Assembly (NCBI GenBank): GCA_951406725.2
Contig: OX597822.1
Span: forward strand, 46,314,001 to 46,378,000
DNA: 64,000 bases
From: Octopus vulgaris
Lineage: Eukaryota
Reading direction: 5' to 3'
Shown here: positions 1-13,967 of the stretch, piece by piece
Position numbering within the stretch: position 1 is the stretch's first letter
How the letters are laid out: every line of letters starts with the position of its first letter
Program-made: the position numbers and the translations under genes
The notes under the pieces: generated by a model
What the model saw: only the letters and a program-made list of their open reading frames with translations
Told to the model about the DNA's origin: nothing
Database searches by the model: none

Positions 1-477
1 TTATTTTTGAAGATAATTCCCCATTCTTCTTTGTGATGTTTTGTGTGTATTGTGTGTGTGTTTAAACAAAACAAGGAGTTATTAAAGAAGGATGTTCAAT
101 CTGGTCAAAATACTTTATAAACTCTGTGGTAATACAAATACACCAGGCCAACAAAATTTTCAGATTAGTAAAGAACTTTGCAAATGTTTATGGCAGGGTC
201 ATCACCATTCTATGTTGTAAATCCGTGGCTGTATTCCATCTTATACTGGTCTTTTACACAAGACAATGTATAAATAATGCTCATTATATATTCTTTTATT
301 GTAGTAAATTCGGATGGGTGATGTGAACTGGGGGTCCACGTATTAGGTAGTCCTTTCCAAAGTATATTCTCGGTGAGGGATCATAAAACCTCAAGGCACA
401 TGACAGTAGAGTTTGCATTGATATACGGTATGACTATAGTTCTTGTATCACTTAAACTTAACCCTATTCCTGTACGT

Positions 478-528
<51 letters not shown>

Positions 529-534
<6 letters not shown>

Positions 535-598
535 ATTATAGGTTCGTTCATTGATGGACCGATTGAGTAAACCGATCAATGAACTAACCTATGACTAT
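529..598. repeat. Short imperfect palindrome next to a (TA)n tract
   Basis: atagtcat(tat)aggttcgttcattgatgg ... ccgatcaatgaactaacctatgactat form near reverse-complement arms of about 27 bp. Confidence 0.6.
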
Positions 599-1834
599 CG
601 GAAACAGACTTAATTCGAATTTACTACAATAAAAGAATACGCAATGACCATTATTTATACCTTATTTTACACACACACACTGGTCGACAAGAGTGCATGG
701 TAGAAGACATCTGTCCAGGATGCTGCGCAGTGGGTGTCGAACGAGGTACTAAGCGGCTACGAACAGTCTTCTTAACTACACAGGCGACCGCGTTCTTTTC
801 ACATGAGGTCTATACGTCCTCGTCCGATTTACTAGATATAGCACTTCGCTTAACCTTCTCAAAGAAAAAGAAGGAACACTGGACGATATAGTTCTAGACA
901 GACAATATTTGGGTGGTTGTAGGGGGGGGGGAGCTGACCACAGCTGGAATCGTTTGAATTATGGGCCTGCCTGGTCAGGGCTGACAATACATCTGTGTTT
1001 CATTTTCTCGCGTGGTCATCATATACAATTATGTTTGAAACCAAGAACCTTCGCTTATATATCCCTTTTAGGCGAGGTTGTTACATTTATTTCTTCGGGT
1101 TTTCTTCTATCTTTATTTCTTTCAGTCGTGGACTACGGTCATGCTGGGGCATCGTCTTGAAGGATTTAGTGGAACAAATAGACCCCAGTATTTTTTTGAA
1201 GTCTGGTACTTATTCTATCGTTCTCTTTTTGCCGAACTGCTTTATTACGAAGTTGTTGGGGACAAACAAAAACACAAAGACAAAGAGATATATATGTCAG
1301 TTTCCGTCCAACAAATTTATTCACAAGGCTTCGATCAGTCCGCGGCTATAGTAGAAGACACTTGTCCAAAGTGCCTCGCAGTGGGGAAGTGCCCTTTACT
1401 ACAACCCCGGATCAACTAAAGCCTTGTGAGTCGATCCGTCCTATTTTACAGAGGTTGAATCACTGCCCAAACCGAACTTTTAAAACTGCGCGCCTGCAAG
1501 CTGGAGCAGCGTGCTCGATACTGTAGAGGCAGCCATGGTCGAAACAGCAAGCATTTATTAAAGAGAAAAGAAGCGTGGTCATTCCTTACCCAAGTGACTT
1601 TATCTTATCGCCCATCACTTGTTATGCGCTCATTAATTAGTTTGATAGTTGAGCCTTGATTAGCTGTATGCAAGTGAGTTCATAACTGGGGTCCGGATCT
1701 CTCGTGGGAAAGAAAATCTCGTAGCCGACCCTGGTGAGGAGCGAAATGGAGGAGGCAATCGACTCCATTCTACTAAACATTACACATTTCAATGATGGGT
1801 CGTTTCTTCCATACACGTCCATTTTTATCTTCTA

Positions 1835-2090
1835 TCTTTAACTTGTTTCAGTCGTTTGACTGCGACCATGCTGGTGCACCACATCGAAGAATTTTTAGTC
1901 GAACGAATCGACCACCAGTACGTTTTAAAGCCTGTTGCTTATTCTAGCGGCTTCTTCTGTTTCCGTCTACCAAATCCATTTACAAGACTTTGCTCGACCC
2001 GAAACTATAGTAGAAGGCATTTGCGTAAGGTCCCACGCAGTGGGACTGAAACCAGATCAATGTGGTTGGGAAGCAAACTTAGCACATGGC
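1835..2090 (-). mobile_element. tRNA-derived SINE family A, internally deleted copy
   Basis: Shares ttccgtctaccaaatcca, tatagtagaag, cacgcagtgggactgaa and cagtcgtttgactgcg blocks with other family A copies. Confidence 0.75.
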
Positions 2091-3700
2091 CACGCGTACG
2101 ACATATTCGATTTCAATTTTATCCAAACAAACTTTTATGGCGATGATGCAATTCTTCATATCTAGGTAACTTTTTCTATAAAAAGGCATGCCTTTGATCC
2201 CATGTCTATTCACTAAGAGAGGAATACACAACACTCGTTGGCATCTACAAATGACCGTCTCAACTGTGTAGCACGACCAGCTAAAAAGAATCACAGCGAA
2301 ATCTTTTTAGAATAAGACAAATTAGATCAGTGGTTCTCAACAGGGGGTCCATATCAGATTTTGTTGTTAAAAATCATGTACATTAATTAAACCGATTATA
2401 CTTCTACAGAACACAAAATATTTTAACAACCTTTTTATACAATTCCTAATAATATTTAAGTACAAAAATATAATAGGATTTTTTTAACATCGAAAGGCTA
2501 CGAGTAAATTAGGAATCAAAGGGCAAAAAAAAAAAATGGATCCCAACTTTTACACATAACACGTCTTTTACTAATCTCCGAATGGAAAAGAGGAGAAAAT
2601 TGAAATGAAGTCCAAGTATCGAAATTTAATGACGACAAAAAGATACAAGAAAGTAAAATGAACGTTGTTTTAAGCAACAAAAACTTTATTTGATTTTATC
2701 TGATGATAATGCATTGAAAAATGTCAAAATAGGTAAATTAAATTATTAAGGTCGCAAACAAGATTTGAAAACAATACGATTGATTTGGCCTACAGTATAA
2801 AACTCCGCAGTGAAAATATACACCAATAATTTCTTTTAAAATTTATTACAGATACATCTGTAGCCTTTGACGAATACAACCTAATTCGGTTTTAAAATAA
2901 TCATACCTCGACATTAGATAGTTTTTTGTTTATTTCTTAAGAAATTTATGGGGGAAAAATAAACTTCAACTTCAATCTATTTATCTGACTTTACATCGTT
3001 CTTTCTCACCGATTATAAAAATCTGAATAAAAAAACAACCCTGCGGAAAATCAAATAAAACAAGCGTGAAAATGCGTACAAACCATTTATTAAAACAAAT
3101 ATGAGCTAATAAAATTTTTACAATGTATTTTCATGTTAAGTCGTCTTTCGAGTTAAGTGGTATATCTTGGCACCAATTATCAACATAAGTTGAGGTGTGA
3201 CTGTTTTTGCTTTCGATGTGAGAAGAAATAAGGCATTTTTGGCCAAATTAATATGCATTTTTACATTATGGCTACAACCAATAAACAAAACATTTTCTGA
3301 ATTAATTTTTGTTAAGCGCAGTAAAAATTTATCTACTAAAATGAAACCGTAGAATAAGAGGAAATAATGGTGGTCTGTGTGGTGAATATCAGGATACGAA
3401 TAAAATAGCTTGTTCTAATGACGAGCTAAAACGGTTAGCGTAGAACGCGTTCTCAAATAAATATTTATTTATTCCCTCTAGTATACATAAACTACAAATA
3501 AATTCATCTGTCAGTTGAATTTAGCAACAGCTAATCATTTACTTCAAGTTTTGGCGAGAAAAAACTTGCGGCCCAGAGACTCGTAGCTTAGGATGCTTAC
3601 GTTATTAGTCATTATTGTATAGTTCTCAATCGTATTTAAAACTTTGGATTTTTATATTCGTTCATTTTAAACAAAATAACCTAAGGTAGGCAGCCCTGTC

Positions 3701-4483
3701 GGATCTTTTCCTTTTGAACGGCAGATGTCAACACAATTTCTAGTTAACTAAACACTTTTAAACTTCGTATACTTGTAGAATGTGTTTATAAAACATCATT
3801 TTTTCTTGGTTTTATTGAGAAAATTCTATAGTTTGTAACATATTTGCACTATAAAATCGAGCATTTTGGCAATTTTAACCAATCAAATACGTCCATTTGG
3901 AGTCAAAACATACCGTGCTGTATGAATAAGCCCCTTGTTTAAGAAACAGATTGGGTTTATTTACATTTGCGAAGAAAAAAAAGATACCCTTCCCCCACCC
4001 CTAACCCTAATCCTAAAATAGATTGAAATGCAATAGATCGATACCAGGGCCATAATTATGGGTGACAATTTCATACGACACCGCTACGGAAAATGGGATT
4101 TTTTTCTAGCGGTGTCAAATGAAAATGTCACCCATAATTATGGCCCTGGTATCGATCTATTGCATTTCAATCTATTTTAAGATTAGGGGTGGGGGAAGGG
4201 TATCTTTTTTTCTTCGCAAAAGTAAATAAAGCAAATCTGTTTCTTAAACGAGGGGCATTCATACAGCACGGAATTTTTTCACCCCAAATGGAGGTGAGCG
4301 ATTGGTTAAAATTGCCAAAATGCTCGATTTTAAAGTGGGAATATGTTATGACATATAGAATTTTCTCAATAAAGCCAAGAAAAAATGATGTTTTATAAAC
4401 ATATTCTACCAGTATAGGAAGTTTAAAAGTGTTTAGTTAACTAGAAATTGTGTTGACATCTGCCGTTCAAAAGGAAAAGATCC
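3701..4483. mobile_element. Fold-back MITE (783 bp) with 8-bp TSD, possibly Merlin superfamily
   Basis: Begins GGATCTTTTCC and ends GGAAAAGATCC; two arms of about 390 bp are near reverse complements centred near 4095; exact TSD GCCCTGTC at 3693-3700 and 4484-4491. Confidence 0.9.
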
Positions 4484-6205
4484 GCCCTGTCAGTTCAGGG
4501 CCGTAGATAATAGGCGAGTTACCCGCTCTCCACGAGCACATTTTTCAAAATGTGTGCCTTTTCAACATTTTTTTTTTAATTCTTGAATTTTGTTTTATCG
4601 TATGACCTTATAAAAGAACTTTCTGCAGTCGTTATTTTGTTTTTGAATTGTCTGCTCAATCTCCTGTGACGTGTTGGTGGCCGCTGATATCTGAGGAACC
4701 AAAACAAACCCTGACGTCCATAACCTCTCAATATTAGACGATGCCGTGAAGTTTCATCCTTTTCACGTCACACCTGTCAGTAGTTGTGAGTTTCATATGT
4801 AATGGACATTGTTACTGAAACATGAAATTCCTGAATGTAGAATACAATTAATGAATTGTATATAACTAATGAATTATTTCGCGTAATATAAGAGAAATAA
4901 GTTTAAAATTGTTCGGTATGCGTCTCGGTGCATTTTTTTTTTCTTTTTGTTCGGTCCCTCTAACTTTTAAAACCTGGTCAAGCTACTACCGTCAGTATCA
5001 TGGAAGACAGCAAATAAGATAATGTGGTCGTGAAAGAATTAACAGCAATAACTATTGTATAGATCTGTAACAATTATGATTGTGCTATGAATAGCTGGGT
5101 TAAGAGGGGATATTGTATTTAACAATACTTTCAATCTGCTAGCTATGTTTCAACATATCCCATGAGCATGACGAATTAATCTACAATTACGTCACGAACA
5201 TCTTGATAGGGAAGCCATAACTGCACAATATATTTTAAATCTCGTTTGCAGTTATCGTTAATTCTTCATTTCAAGATAAAGAAAAATGTTTAAAAAATGA
5301 AAGTCTGCCACAAAGTATTAATAATATTGGTATATCTTTACATAGTGTTGCTGTTCACTGATTAAGCTAAAATAAACATAACTATATTTACAATGGTGAG
5401 TGAAACAAGATATGACCTGCTGGATAGACTCATCTTGTTTATCCTCAAACCCAAAAATATATCTACAGCGGTAAAGGTTAAAAACTAGAGACTTAAAAAA
5501 AAAACTGAACACCAGGCAAATAAAAACAAGTAACATAAAAGAACAGCAACGAAATCTGCATTTTAAAACCAATAAAAATTCAAATATTTCGTAGAGGTAC
5601 AATCAATGTATGAAAAGTTTCCAAGCTTTCCAACAAGTTTTAAGATATTCTCATCAAACAACTCATTTCATTCGTCCCTCCAAATTAAGAACGATGTTCA
5701 TCGAGTGAATGGGAGAGGGCCAAAGCAATAAAATATTATAGTTCAAGGTTAAGCGGTTGGCTGGTCGTCTGTACGATTTTAATATGCTAACAATTTGCAG
5801 TTGAAATGGCGTAAAGCATCCTATTGCGTCAATAAATAAAACAACTGTAGATAAATGATAGCTTCCACAGTAAAGCTTACAGACATTGAAATAGGAATTT
5901 TATATATATATATATGTAAACGGTTTGACTGCTTGCATGTATATCAGGCTGCATGAAAATTGTAGCTATTTTATTTATTAAATATGTACAAAACTCGACT
6001 AATTTCGTCCAAGAGTTCGTTCATTCACTCTCAGACACTCGTATGTTGGTTTTTAAAGAAGAAAACACGAAAAAATATTTTACTTTGGGATGAGAGCAAG
6101 GTTGATTAGAGATTATTATTTCTGGCATTACAATCTTCTTCCCCTTATGGCTGACGGCATGGGGCTGGAGGGTTGGCATAAATAAACACGCATAAAATAA
6201 CTTAC

Positions 6206-6300
6206 AAGCTTGACATTAATAGATCGACCTCGAACAATATATTCTACGTCAATTGTCACATCCTCCGACCTTGCGCATTAGATTTTGCTATTTATCAGAA
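6206..6300 (-). other. Candidate exon ending ATG TCA AGC TT|GTAAGT (5' boundary unknown)
   Basis: Minus-strand GTAAGT at 6205-6200 in unique, CpG-retaining sequence; ATG at 6216-6214; phase-2 junction. Confidence 0.3.
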
Positions 6301-7983
6301 CTAATGGAGGCGATATATTTCCAAGCAACTTAATCATGAACATATGATTAAATTAAACACACATACACGTACATATGTATGTGTATATAAATATACATTT
6401 ACCCACTCTCTTTCTCTCCCTCTTAAAATATTCATAAAGACAAGGCATTGCTACATAGATTACATTTCTGTTAACATACAAGGGGTAGAAAAAATGGCTG
6501 GCAGGACTGAGCCAAAAGGTATTAGCTTAGTTTTCACAAAATATATTTGTACACATGCAATCATAGACGGATACACACACATACATACATACATACATAT
6601 ATATATTTATATACATGTATATACTACACACATATACTTATGTATTAAGTATGTATATACGCATGTACACATTAGACATATACATATGCATGTATATAAA
6701 CATGTACGCATAAACATACATGAGGATATAAATACACGTACTCACACATGCGTGTGTGTGAGTGCATATATGTATGTATGTATGCGTGTGTGTGTGAGTG
6801 TGTCTGTACAATCACAGTATCTCCAAATTGATTTAACTCAGTCAGCTAGAGGTGTACCAATGGAGAAAAGAAATAAAGAGTGGCGGTAGGGCAGCAAGAG
6901 AAAAAGTGAAAGACAGAGAGAGAGATGTGGAGAAACATCTGAGACGAACGAAAATGTGCTCCAATTCGACACAGGCCTAAAAGGAATAAACGAACGTCAC
7001 CGACCCACACCCTAGGTGCAAATAGGTCGTAGGCATCTAGCCTGCAAAGGTGACATGGTAGCAGGAGGTCAGCCTGGCGGATATCAGACTCTTGGCTATA
7101 TTTGAAGGATTAGAATTTCAAATAAAATTCGAGAGATGGGAGGGGGGGGGGGTATAAAGCAGAAGCTAATAATAATAATACTCGACCCAAAAAGTTAACA
7201 ATCAGAGCACACAGACACAAATACCAAATACGTACACATGTTCTCATACGTCAATATATTACACACATAGATAGATAGATAGAATATACATACACATATA
7301 TAAATATATATATAGACACATATATTGTATTGCTTACACAGATTTTACATTACAGCTGACAAGCGCATATGCGCATATATAAATATACACGCACACATAC
7401 ACACCGATCTATTTATTCACACAAGCATTCACATTCCTACAAACAGCAGACATTCTTTCATAAACACGCTCATTAATAAATACACACACTTTCGAGAGAG
7501 AAAAAAAATGGGAAATTATGTCCGTGTGTAAATATATATGCACCTACACATTAAAATACATATTGACTTTTTTTTATACATACACACACAATAATTACAT
7601 AAAAACATACATGCAGCATATTATATTACAATATACAATTCTATATTTACATACACAAGCATACATATGCACAAATTTTAATTAACATACATAGACACGT
7701 ACTAATTCGGATTTACACACACACACACGTGTGTGCGTGCGTGCGTACTGAAGATATATACAATTGCCATACCAAGCCGGATTTACAGACACGCATACAC
7801 CAAACACAAATGTTAGCATATAGATAAATAGAGAGAGAGAGAGAGAGAAGGGGGGAGTCGCCAAACACATCATGTGTGAACATAGTGATTTATAAATATA
7901 TAGATACAGATCAATATTTAAACATAGATACACCGTAAACACGTTAAAATGCTGTCGTCGCCAACGACTCACACACCTATATG

Positions 7984-8037
<54 letters not shown>

Positions 8038-8217
8038 CACACACACACACTTTTCCTGTGTTAAGTCTGTTTATATAATATTTACAGATAGATGGATAGA
8101 AGAGAGAGAATGGCATATATTGCCCGACATACATCACAAATGCTACGTTAAAAAAATCTACAAACACAGAGACAGATCTTATACTTTGCACATCATGTGG
8201 AATGTGATCTATCTATC

Positions 8218-8261
<44 letters not shown>

Positions 8262-8756
8262 CACAAACACACACACTGAGAAATATAAGTCACAAGTGAG
8301 CGTCGCAAATTCATACACACTTTCATAGGCGAAACAACACAATAAGTAACTATATTTGCTATTTCAGAACATGCCTGTCACTAGATTAGCAAACAGTCTG
8401 AACAAGTGCAGTTATCAGTCTAGATTCTATGTAATCGCAAATCCTTTTGCTGTGATAGGTTCAGTAGAGAGAGAGAGAGAGAGGGAGAGAGAGCGTAAAG
8501 AAGGGAGGGAGAGTGAGTGTTGGTGAAAGAAAGGAATAAGCAGAGTCTTGGAAGAGAGGGAATGAGCGAAAGACAGAGAAAGAGGCCTTGAAGAAAGAGG
8601 CGGTGTGAGAGAGAAAATGAAATTGCAATATAACTGTGTCCAGTGAAACACAAAAAGAAAAACAACGAACAACGCAATTGAATTTCACACAAACACACGC
8701 CTAGGTGTATGGAGAGGTTAATGGGGGTGGTTGGAGAGATTTAGGTGGGAAAATAC

Positions 8757-8809
<53 letters not shown>

Positions 8810-8844
8810 GTGTGTATGTATGTATGTATATATATATATATTCT

Positions 8845-9182
8845 TTTACTTGTTTCAGTCATTTGACTGTTGCCATGCTGGAGCACCACCTTTAGTGGAG
8901 CAAATCGATCCCAGGACTTATTCTTTGTAAGCCTAGTACTTATTCTATCGGTCTCTTTCGCCGAACCGCTAAGTTACGGGGACGTAAACACACCACCATC
9001 GGTTAAGCGATGGTGGGGACAAACACAGACACACACACACACACATATATACGACGGGCTTCCTTCAGTTTCCGTCTACCAAAGCCACTCACAAGTCTTT
9101 GGTCAGCCCGAGGCTATAGTAGAAGACACTTGCCCAAGGTGCCACGCAGTGGGAATGAACCCGGACCACACAGCCACTCCTA
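8845..9182 (-). mobile_element. tRNA-derived SINE family A
   Basis: Minus strand gives head ggagtggctgtgtgg...ccgggttcattcccactgcgtggcaccttgggcaagtgtctt, an internal (TG)n tract and tail aatgactgaaacaagtaaaag. Confidence 0.9.
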
Positions 9183-9189
9183 TATTCTT

Positions 9190-9600
9190 TAATTTGTTTC
9201 AGTTCTTTGACTGCAGCAATGCTGGAGCGCCGCCTTTTAGTTGAACGAATCGACCCCAGGACTTATTCTTTGTAAGCCTAGCACTTATTCTATCGGTCTC
9301 TTTTCTTTTTCTTTTTTTTTCTTCTTTTTTTGCCAAATCACTAAGTTACTAGGTGCATAAACACACCAACAGCGGTTGTCAAGCGATGGTGGAGGAGGGA
9401 CAAACACAGACACATACACACATATATGTATATTTATAGAACGAGGTTCTTTCACTTTCCGTCCACCAAATCCACTCACAAGGTTTTGGTCGGCCCGAGC
9501 GTAGAGTAGAAGACACTTGCCCTAGGTGTCACGGAGAGTGGGACTGAACCCGGAACCATGTGGTTGGTAAGCAAGCTTCTTACCACAGCCACTCCTGCGA
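9190..9600 (-). mobile_element. tRNA-derived SINE family A, tandem neighbour; further 3' fragments to about 9900
   Basis: Full head gcaggagtggctgtggtaagaagcttgcttaccaaccacatggttccgggttcagtccc on the minus strand. Confidence 0.9.
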
Positions 9601-9896
9601 CTATTCTTTTATTTGTTTCAGCCTTGAAGCTGCGGCTATGCTGGGGCACCGCTACTGATATATATCTTTTTATCTTTTGTTTCAGTCATTAGACTGTGAC
9701 CATGCTGAGCCGCCGCCTTGAAGAATTTTAGTCGAACGAGTCGACCCCAGTGCATTTTCTTTCCTGCTTTCTTTAAGCTTGGTATTTATTCTATCGTGGG
9801 TTTTTTTTTTTTTGCCGAACCGCTAAGTTACGGCAACGTAAACATACTAGCACCGGCTGCCAAGCGGTGGGCGGAGGAAAACAAACACACACACAC

Positions 9897-9936
<40 letters not shown>

Positions 9937-10045
9937 AAAAGTTAAAAAAAATATACAAACGGGACAAGAACGTGAAACATTTAGAAGACGACACAAAAAA
10001 CACGGACGGGACATTCGAAGCCCTCAATCATCAGTCAAGAACCGG

Positions 10046-10100
<55 letters not shown>

Positions 10101-10439
10101 GCACACGCACACATGACGAGCGTCTTTCGGTCTTCGTCTACCAAATCCATTGACAAGGCTTTGGCCTCCCGAGGCTATGTGCCATGTAGTGGGACTGAGC
10201 CCGGAACCCGGTGATTTGAAAGTAAACATCTTACCATCGGGCCACACCTCCTGACCTTTCTCTGAATGTATCACTTTACAAATGTCTTTAGCTTACATTT
10301 ATGGTGCTTAACATACAAGTATTACATACAGATGTGTATATATACGCACAACGCATACATATACCTATATAGTACATAGCTATATGGTATATATACACAC
10401 GTGTTTGTATGTACATATATAAACATGTATATATGTGAT

Positions 10440-10757
10440 ACCCGTGCCGGTGGCACGTAAAAAGCACCATCCGAACGTGGCCAATGCCAGCGCCGCCTGA
10501 CTGGCGTCCGTGTCGGTGGCACGTAAAAAGCACCAACCGATCGTGACCGTTTGCCAGCCTCCTCTGGCCCCTGTTCCGGTGGCACGTAAAAAGTACCCAC
10601 TACACTGACGGAGTGGTTGGCGTTAGGAAGGGCATCCTGTTGTACAAACACTGCTAAGTCAGACTGGAGCCTGGCGCAGCATCCTGGCTTCCCAGACCCC
10701 GGTCGAACCATCCAACATATACTAGCATGGAAAATGGACGTTAACGACGATGATGAT
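10440..10757 (+). mobile_element. RTE LINE 3'-UTR fragment
   Basis: Repeated ggtggcacgtaaaaagcacc units, gttaggaagggcatcc block and gacgttaacgacgatgatgat tail, matching the 3' end attached to RT sequence at 62452-63712. Confidence 0.85.
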
Positions 10758-10790
10758 TATATTTTATATAATCATATATATATCTACACA

Positions 10791-11003
10791 CAAGATGGTC
10801 CAAAAGTAGGTTTACAGTTATTGTGTAGGCACTTTAAATTTCTTTTAAAAGCTTTATTACATTTAAATTTCTATCTTACAATTAACTAAATTAGCATAGA
10901 ATAATGGTTTCATATATTTTTTCATAATTAAGATCTAAACTATTAATATATGAATGCGAAAGAGATAGTTGAATAACTGTAGACCTTCTTTTGGGCCACC
11001 CTG
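10791..11003. mobile_element. Tc1/mariner-type MITE
   Basis: Degenerate TIRs caagatggtccaaaagtaggtttacagtta and taactgtagaccttcttttgggccaccctg, followed by TA. Confidence 0.75.
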
Positions 11004-11078
11004 TATACACACACGTACACATACATAGATATATGCAAACACAGAGAATTAAATATATACATATGAATATATGTAAAC

Positions 11079-11118
<40 letters not shown>

Positions 11119-11439
11119 GCACAAGCATATACATGCATACAATACACATACATGTACCACTTACTAATGAGTAAGTTCTAACATGTAGCATTTGCCAACA
11201 GCCTTTGACAGTATTCCTCATTCTATGTTCTAGTGGACATTAAGAAATCTAGATCCTTGGCATGTGAGGGACAGGCAAGCCAGGTACCAAGTACAGAAGT
11301 GCAGTATGCAAGATAACAGCAATACTTTTGGCAATCAATTTAATGTACAGGTAGGGAATTACCAGTGCTCAGATCCACCTGCTTTTTTTATAGCCCCAAG
11401 GAATGACAAAGGAGTTTCCAACTGGCTGTCCAAGGGAAC

Positions 11440-11945
11440 TCCTGCATGCTGATAACCTTCTTTTTGTAGCAGAATCAGCAGGAGATTTGGAGAAGATATT
11501 CCAAACAGAGAAGCAAAAGCTGGAATTAAAAGGCCTTAAAGTTGTCCAAGCAAAACCTTAAGTTTTAAGACGTAAAAGAGACAAGACCCAGCCAAATGGA
11601 AAATGGTAAGTATATTATGTAAAAAAGGTACAGGTAGGAACTCCATACAAATGTATCCAGCATCAATGGATGCATGAAAGGTACAGTGGGGTCACAAACA
11701 GATTGACAGAGAAGTTAGACTTTGTGTATGCCGAGATGCACAAAAGTAATTAGCAGTAAGAATACATGTAAAATAAATTCTCTCAAATGCTTGTAATTCT
11801 GACTAGTTTTAATAGTTTTTACTACGTAGGTGACTTTCTATATATTCTCCATATATATTGAGAATATATAGAAAGCATAGTCACCAGTGTGAAAACTGAG
11901 TGGAAAAAGTTTAGAGGATATGTGTAGTCATAAAGGGTTTTAAAA
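11440..11945 (+). mobile_element. Degraded RTE reverse transcriptase fragment
   Basis: Eroded (Y)ADDL-like segment and later blocks resembling the RTE RT; many stops and indels. Confidence 0.5.
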
Positions 11946-13069
11946 AAGGGTGTGGATAGGATAGACACTGGTAAAAATGTGAGACATACAGAGACATAGG
12001 ACGAAGTAATGAAGGCTGAATCTCAAAAGGGAGATAACAAGAAACCCTTGTGACTGGTGACACAGTGGACACTTGTGTAACAAAAGATGGCACTGAATCT
12101 CACTATATATATACACTACCCTCTTTCATGTGACAATTAGCTGACATCTACCACTCTTACCATCACTATCTCCCTTGCTAACTATCACTCACTCTCTCTC
12201 ATACTATGAAACATCTTTATGGCTATCCCATCACCCTGCTTGTGCTGTTTCCTATTCAACATTCTACCAACAACTAACATGTAGCTGCCTCTCTCTTTCT
12301 CACACACAAACAACTTACTTCCCTACTACAACTGTAACAAGGGATGGCATCAAATCTGTCTGTATCCAGTAAAGCCAAACATCACACTTCTTTACTATTA
12401 GCCATTTCTTTCTCCACTCTTCCACCAATGTAACACTGATATTTGCCACTCTTTTTTTTTTCCATCACCCATCCCTGTTCCTATCCACCACACTTTTTAC
12501 AAGACATCCAACTGCTACCTCATCAAACTGTTCATACGGATTTTCTATCCAACCTCATGACCAACTAACAACAACAACTGCATAACTAACCTTCTCCCTC
12601 TTCTTTCTCCACTCTCCTATCATCCTATTACTCTTTGTCTCGACACATTCATATTCAAACTCTCTCGTGCTCTCTCACACGCTTGGTCATCACTCCACTT
12701 CTACCCTCACTCCCAGTCACATTTACTTTGGAAGGAACATGGAGCTGTTTGAACATAGGCAACAAAAGTTAGAGAGAACAAAATCACATCAAAGATTAAA
12801 TGCCCTCTTAGGGCTGGTGCCATCTGTAAAATGGTTGGTATTAAAAAGAGCATCTGGCAACAGAGACCAAGTCAAAATTAAAACACACAAGCAAGACATG
12901 GTCAGCTGATCAATTTAGGAGGGTAGTAATGCTGAACGAAAATTCAGATGTTAATAACTCATCTAATGTATGCCAGAATGGGAAGCAGATCGATGATGAT
13001 GATGGTGTGTACATGTGTGATTGTAAAGGAAAGAGAGAGAGAAAGAGAAACAAAGAGATTCAAGTGATG

Positions 13070-13290
13070 GAAAATTTCAACTAGATTATGTTAGAGAAAC
13101 TGGAAATGAATGCAACAGGGAAATAGTTGACAAGATCAAAGAGGTTACCTTTCTTGAGACACATAATAGAATATCTTCAAAGATCAAGGTAGTTCTTTAT
13201 AGAGCAGGAAAGGGTGAAGAGTTTGGTGAGTATAGGCATCAGTCTGGGGGAGGGGTCAGTGTTTTAAGGTAGTGGAAGAACATTGTCAGG
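13070..13290 (-). mobile_element. Degraded non-LTR RT fragment (CR1/Jockey group)
   Basis: Minus-strand peptides PILTKLF and LKKGNLFDLVNYFPVAFISSFSNI resemble the KKG..D..NYRPISLTS..SK motif at the RT start. Confidence 0.6.
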
Positions 13291-13329
13291 TCTGATGGTT
13301 TTGTTGATTTGAACTGACTGGAGATAAAT

Positions 13330-13620
13330 TGGCAGTTGGTGAATGAACCTACAAGGTAGTGGGCCTGGATGTATGAAAAGGGATAGATTTGGGAAAGATT
13401 TGCTAAGTATGAGCAAATGAAGGTAGGCTGCAAAGCAGGAATGGAAAATAGAGGCTTTCTCAGCAAGGATGCTGCACACAGAACTATCATTATAGAGAAC
13501 TGGATATAAAGTTCTGTAAAGTTGGTGAATATTCTTTTGGTAAAGAACTACACAGATTGGATGAAGTTTGGGAAGTGGGAGAGTTTTAAGGCTGTACAAT
13601 GCATAAATGCATCTTTTCCA
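13330..13620 (-). mobile_element. Possible Penelope-like element remnant (RT to GIY-YIG linker)
   Basis: KNIHQLYRTLYPVLYNDSSVCSILAEK(PLFSI) and PGPLPC resemble the Penelope linker; heavily decayed. Confidence 0.45.
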
Positions 13621-13926
13621 GTTCAGACAGTGGTTTTACATAAGTTGTATAGCTAAGTAAATGTCACCCAGTTTTCCAAAGTAGGTAGATTTCTCCAGAC
13701 ATTGTAGGCCCCACATTTTTGCCTGAACAACAAGTGAATCACTTAGAGGATTGAGTTTTTCTTGCATGCCACTTTCAGCTGACATCTATCACTCTTACCA
13801 ACACTTTCTCCCTTGCTAACTATCAACTCACTGTCTCTTACTATGAAACACCTTTATGGCTATCCCATCACCCTGCTCATGCTGTATTCTATTCAACATC
13901 CTACCAATAACCAATATATAGCTGTC

Positions 13927-13967
<41 letters not shown>

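Larger units (their letters stand above)
12139..13940 (+). repeat. Two dispersed copies of a segment of about 165 bp (about 12139-12305 and 13777-13940)
   Basis: Both begin agctgacatcta(c/t)cactcttacca and share tactatgaaaca..tttatggctatcccatcaccctgct. Confidence 0.8.

Noticed and set aside
1510-1760. CTGTAGA...GAAAC and CTGGTGA...GAAA motifs
   Set aside because: An invariant core A is substituted in both, and no helix I or III can be formed.
2693-2730. CTGATGA...GAAA...GTC hammerhead-like spacing
   Set aside because: Helices I, II and III do not pair in register; likely chance in AT-rich DNA.
3998-4016. Interstitial telomere
   Set aside because: Only about three imperfect units, inside a MITE arm.
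6344-6889. Long ORFs rich in YI, HT, CV or MY (also 7682-8191, 47718-48070, 52251-52652, 59441-60036 and others)
   Set aside because: Translations of (TA)n, (CA)n and (TACA)n microsatellites.
10000-10050. Minus-strand CTGATGA in an insert between microsatellites
   Set aside because: Followed by GAAT rather than GAAA, with no closing helices; at most a truncated repeat fragment.
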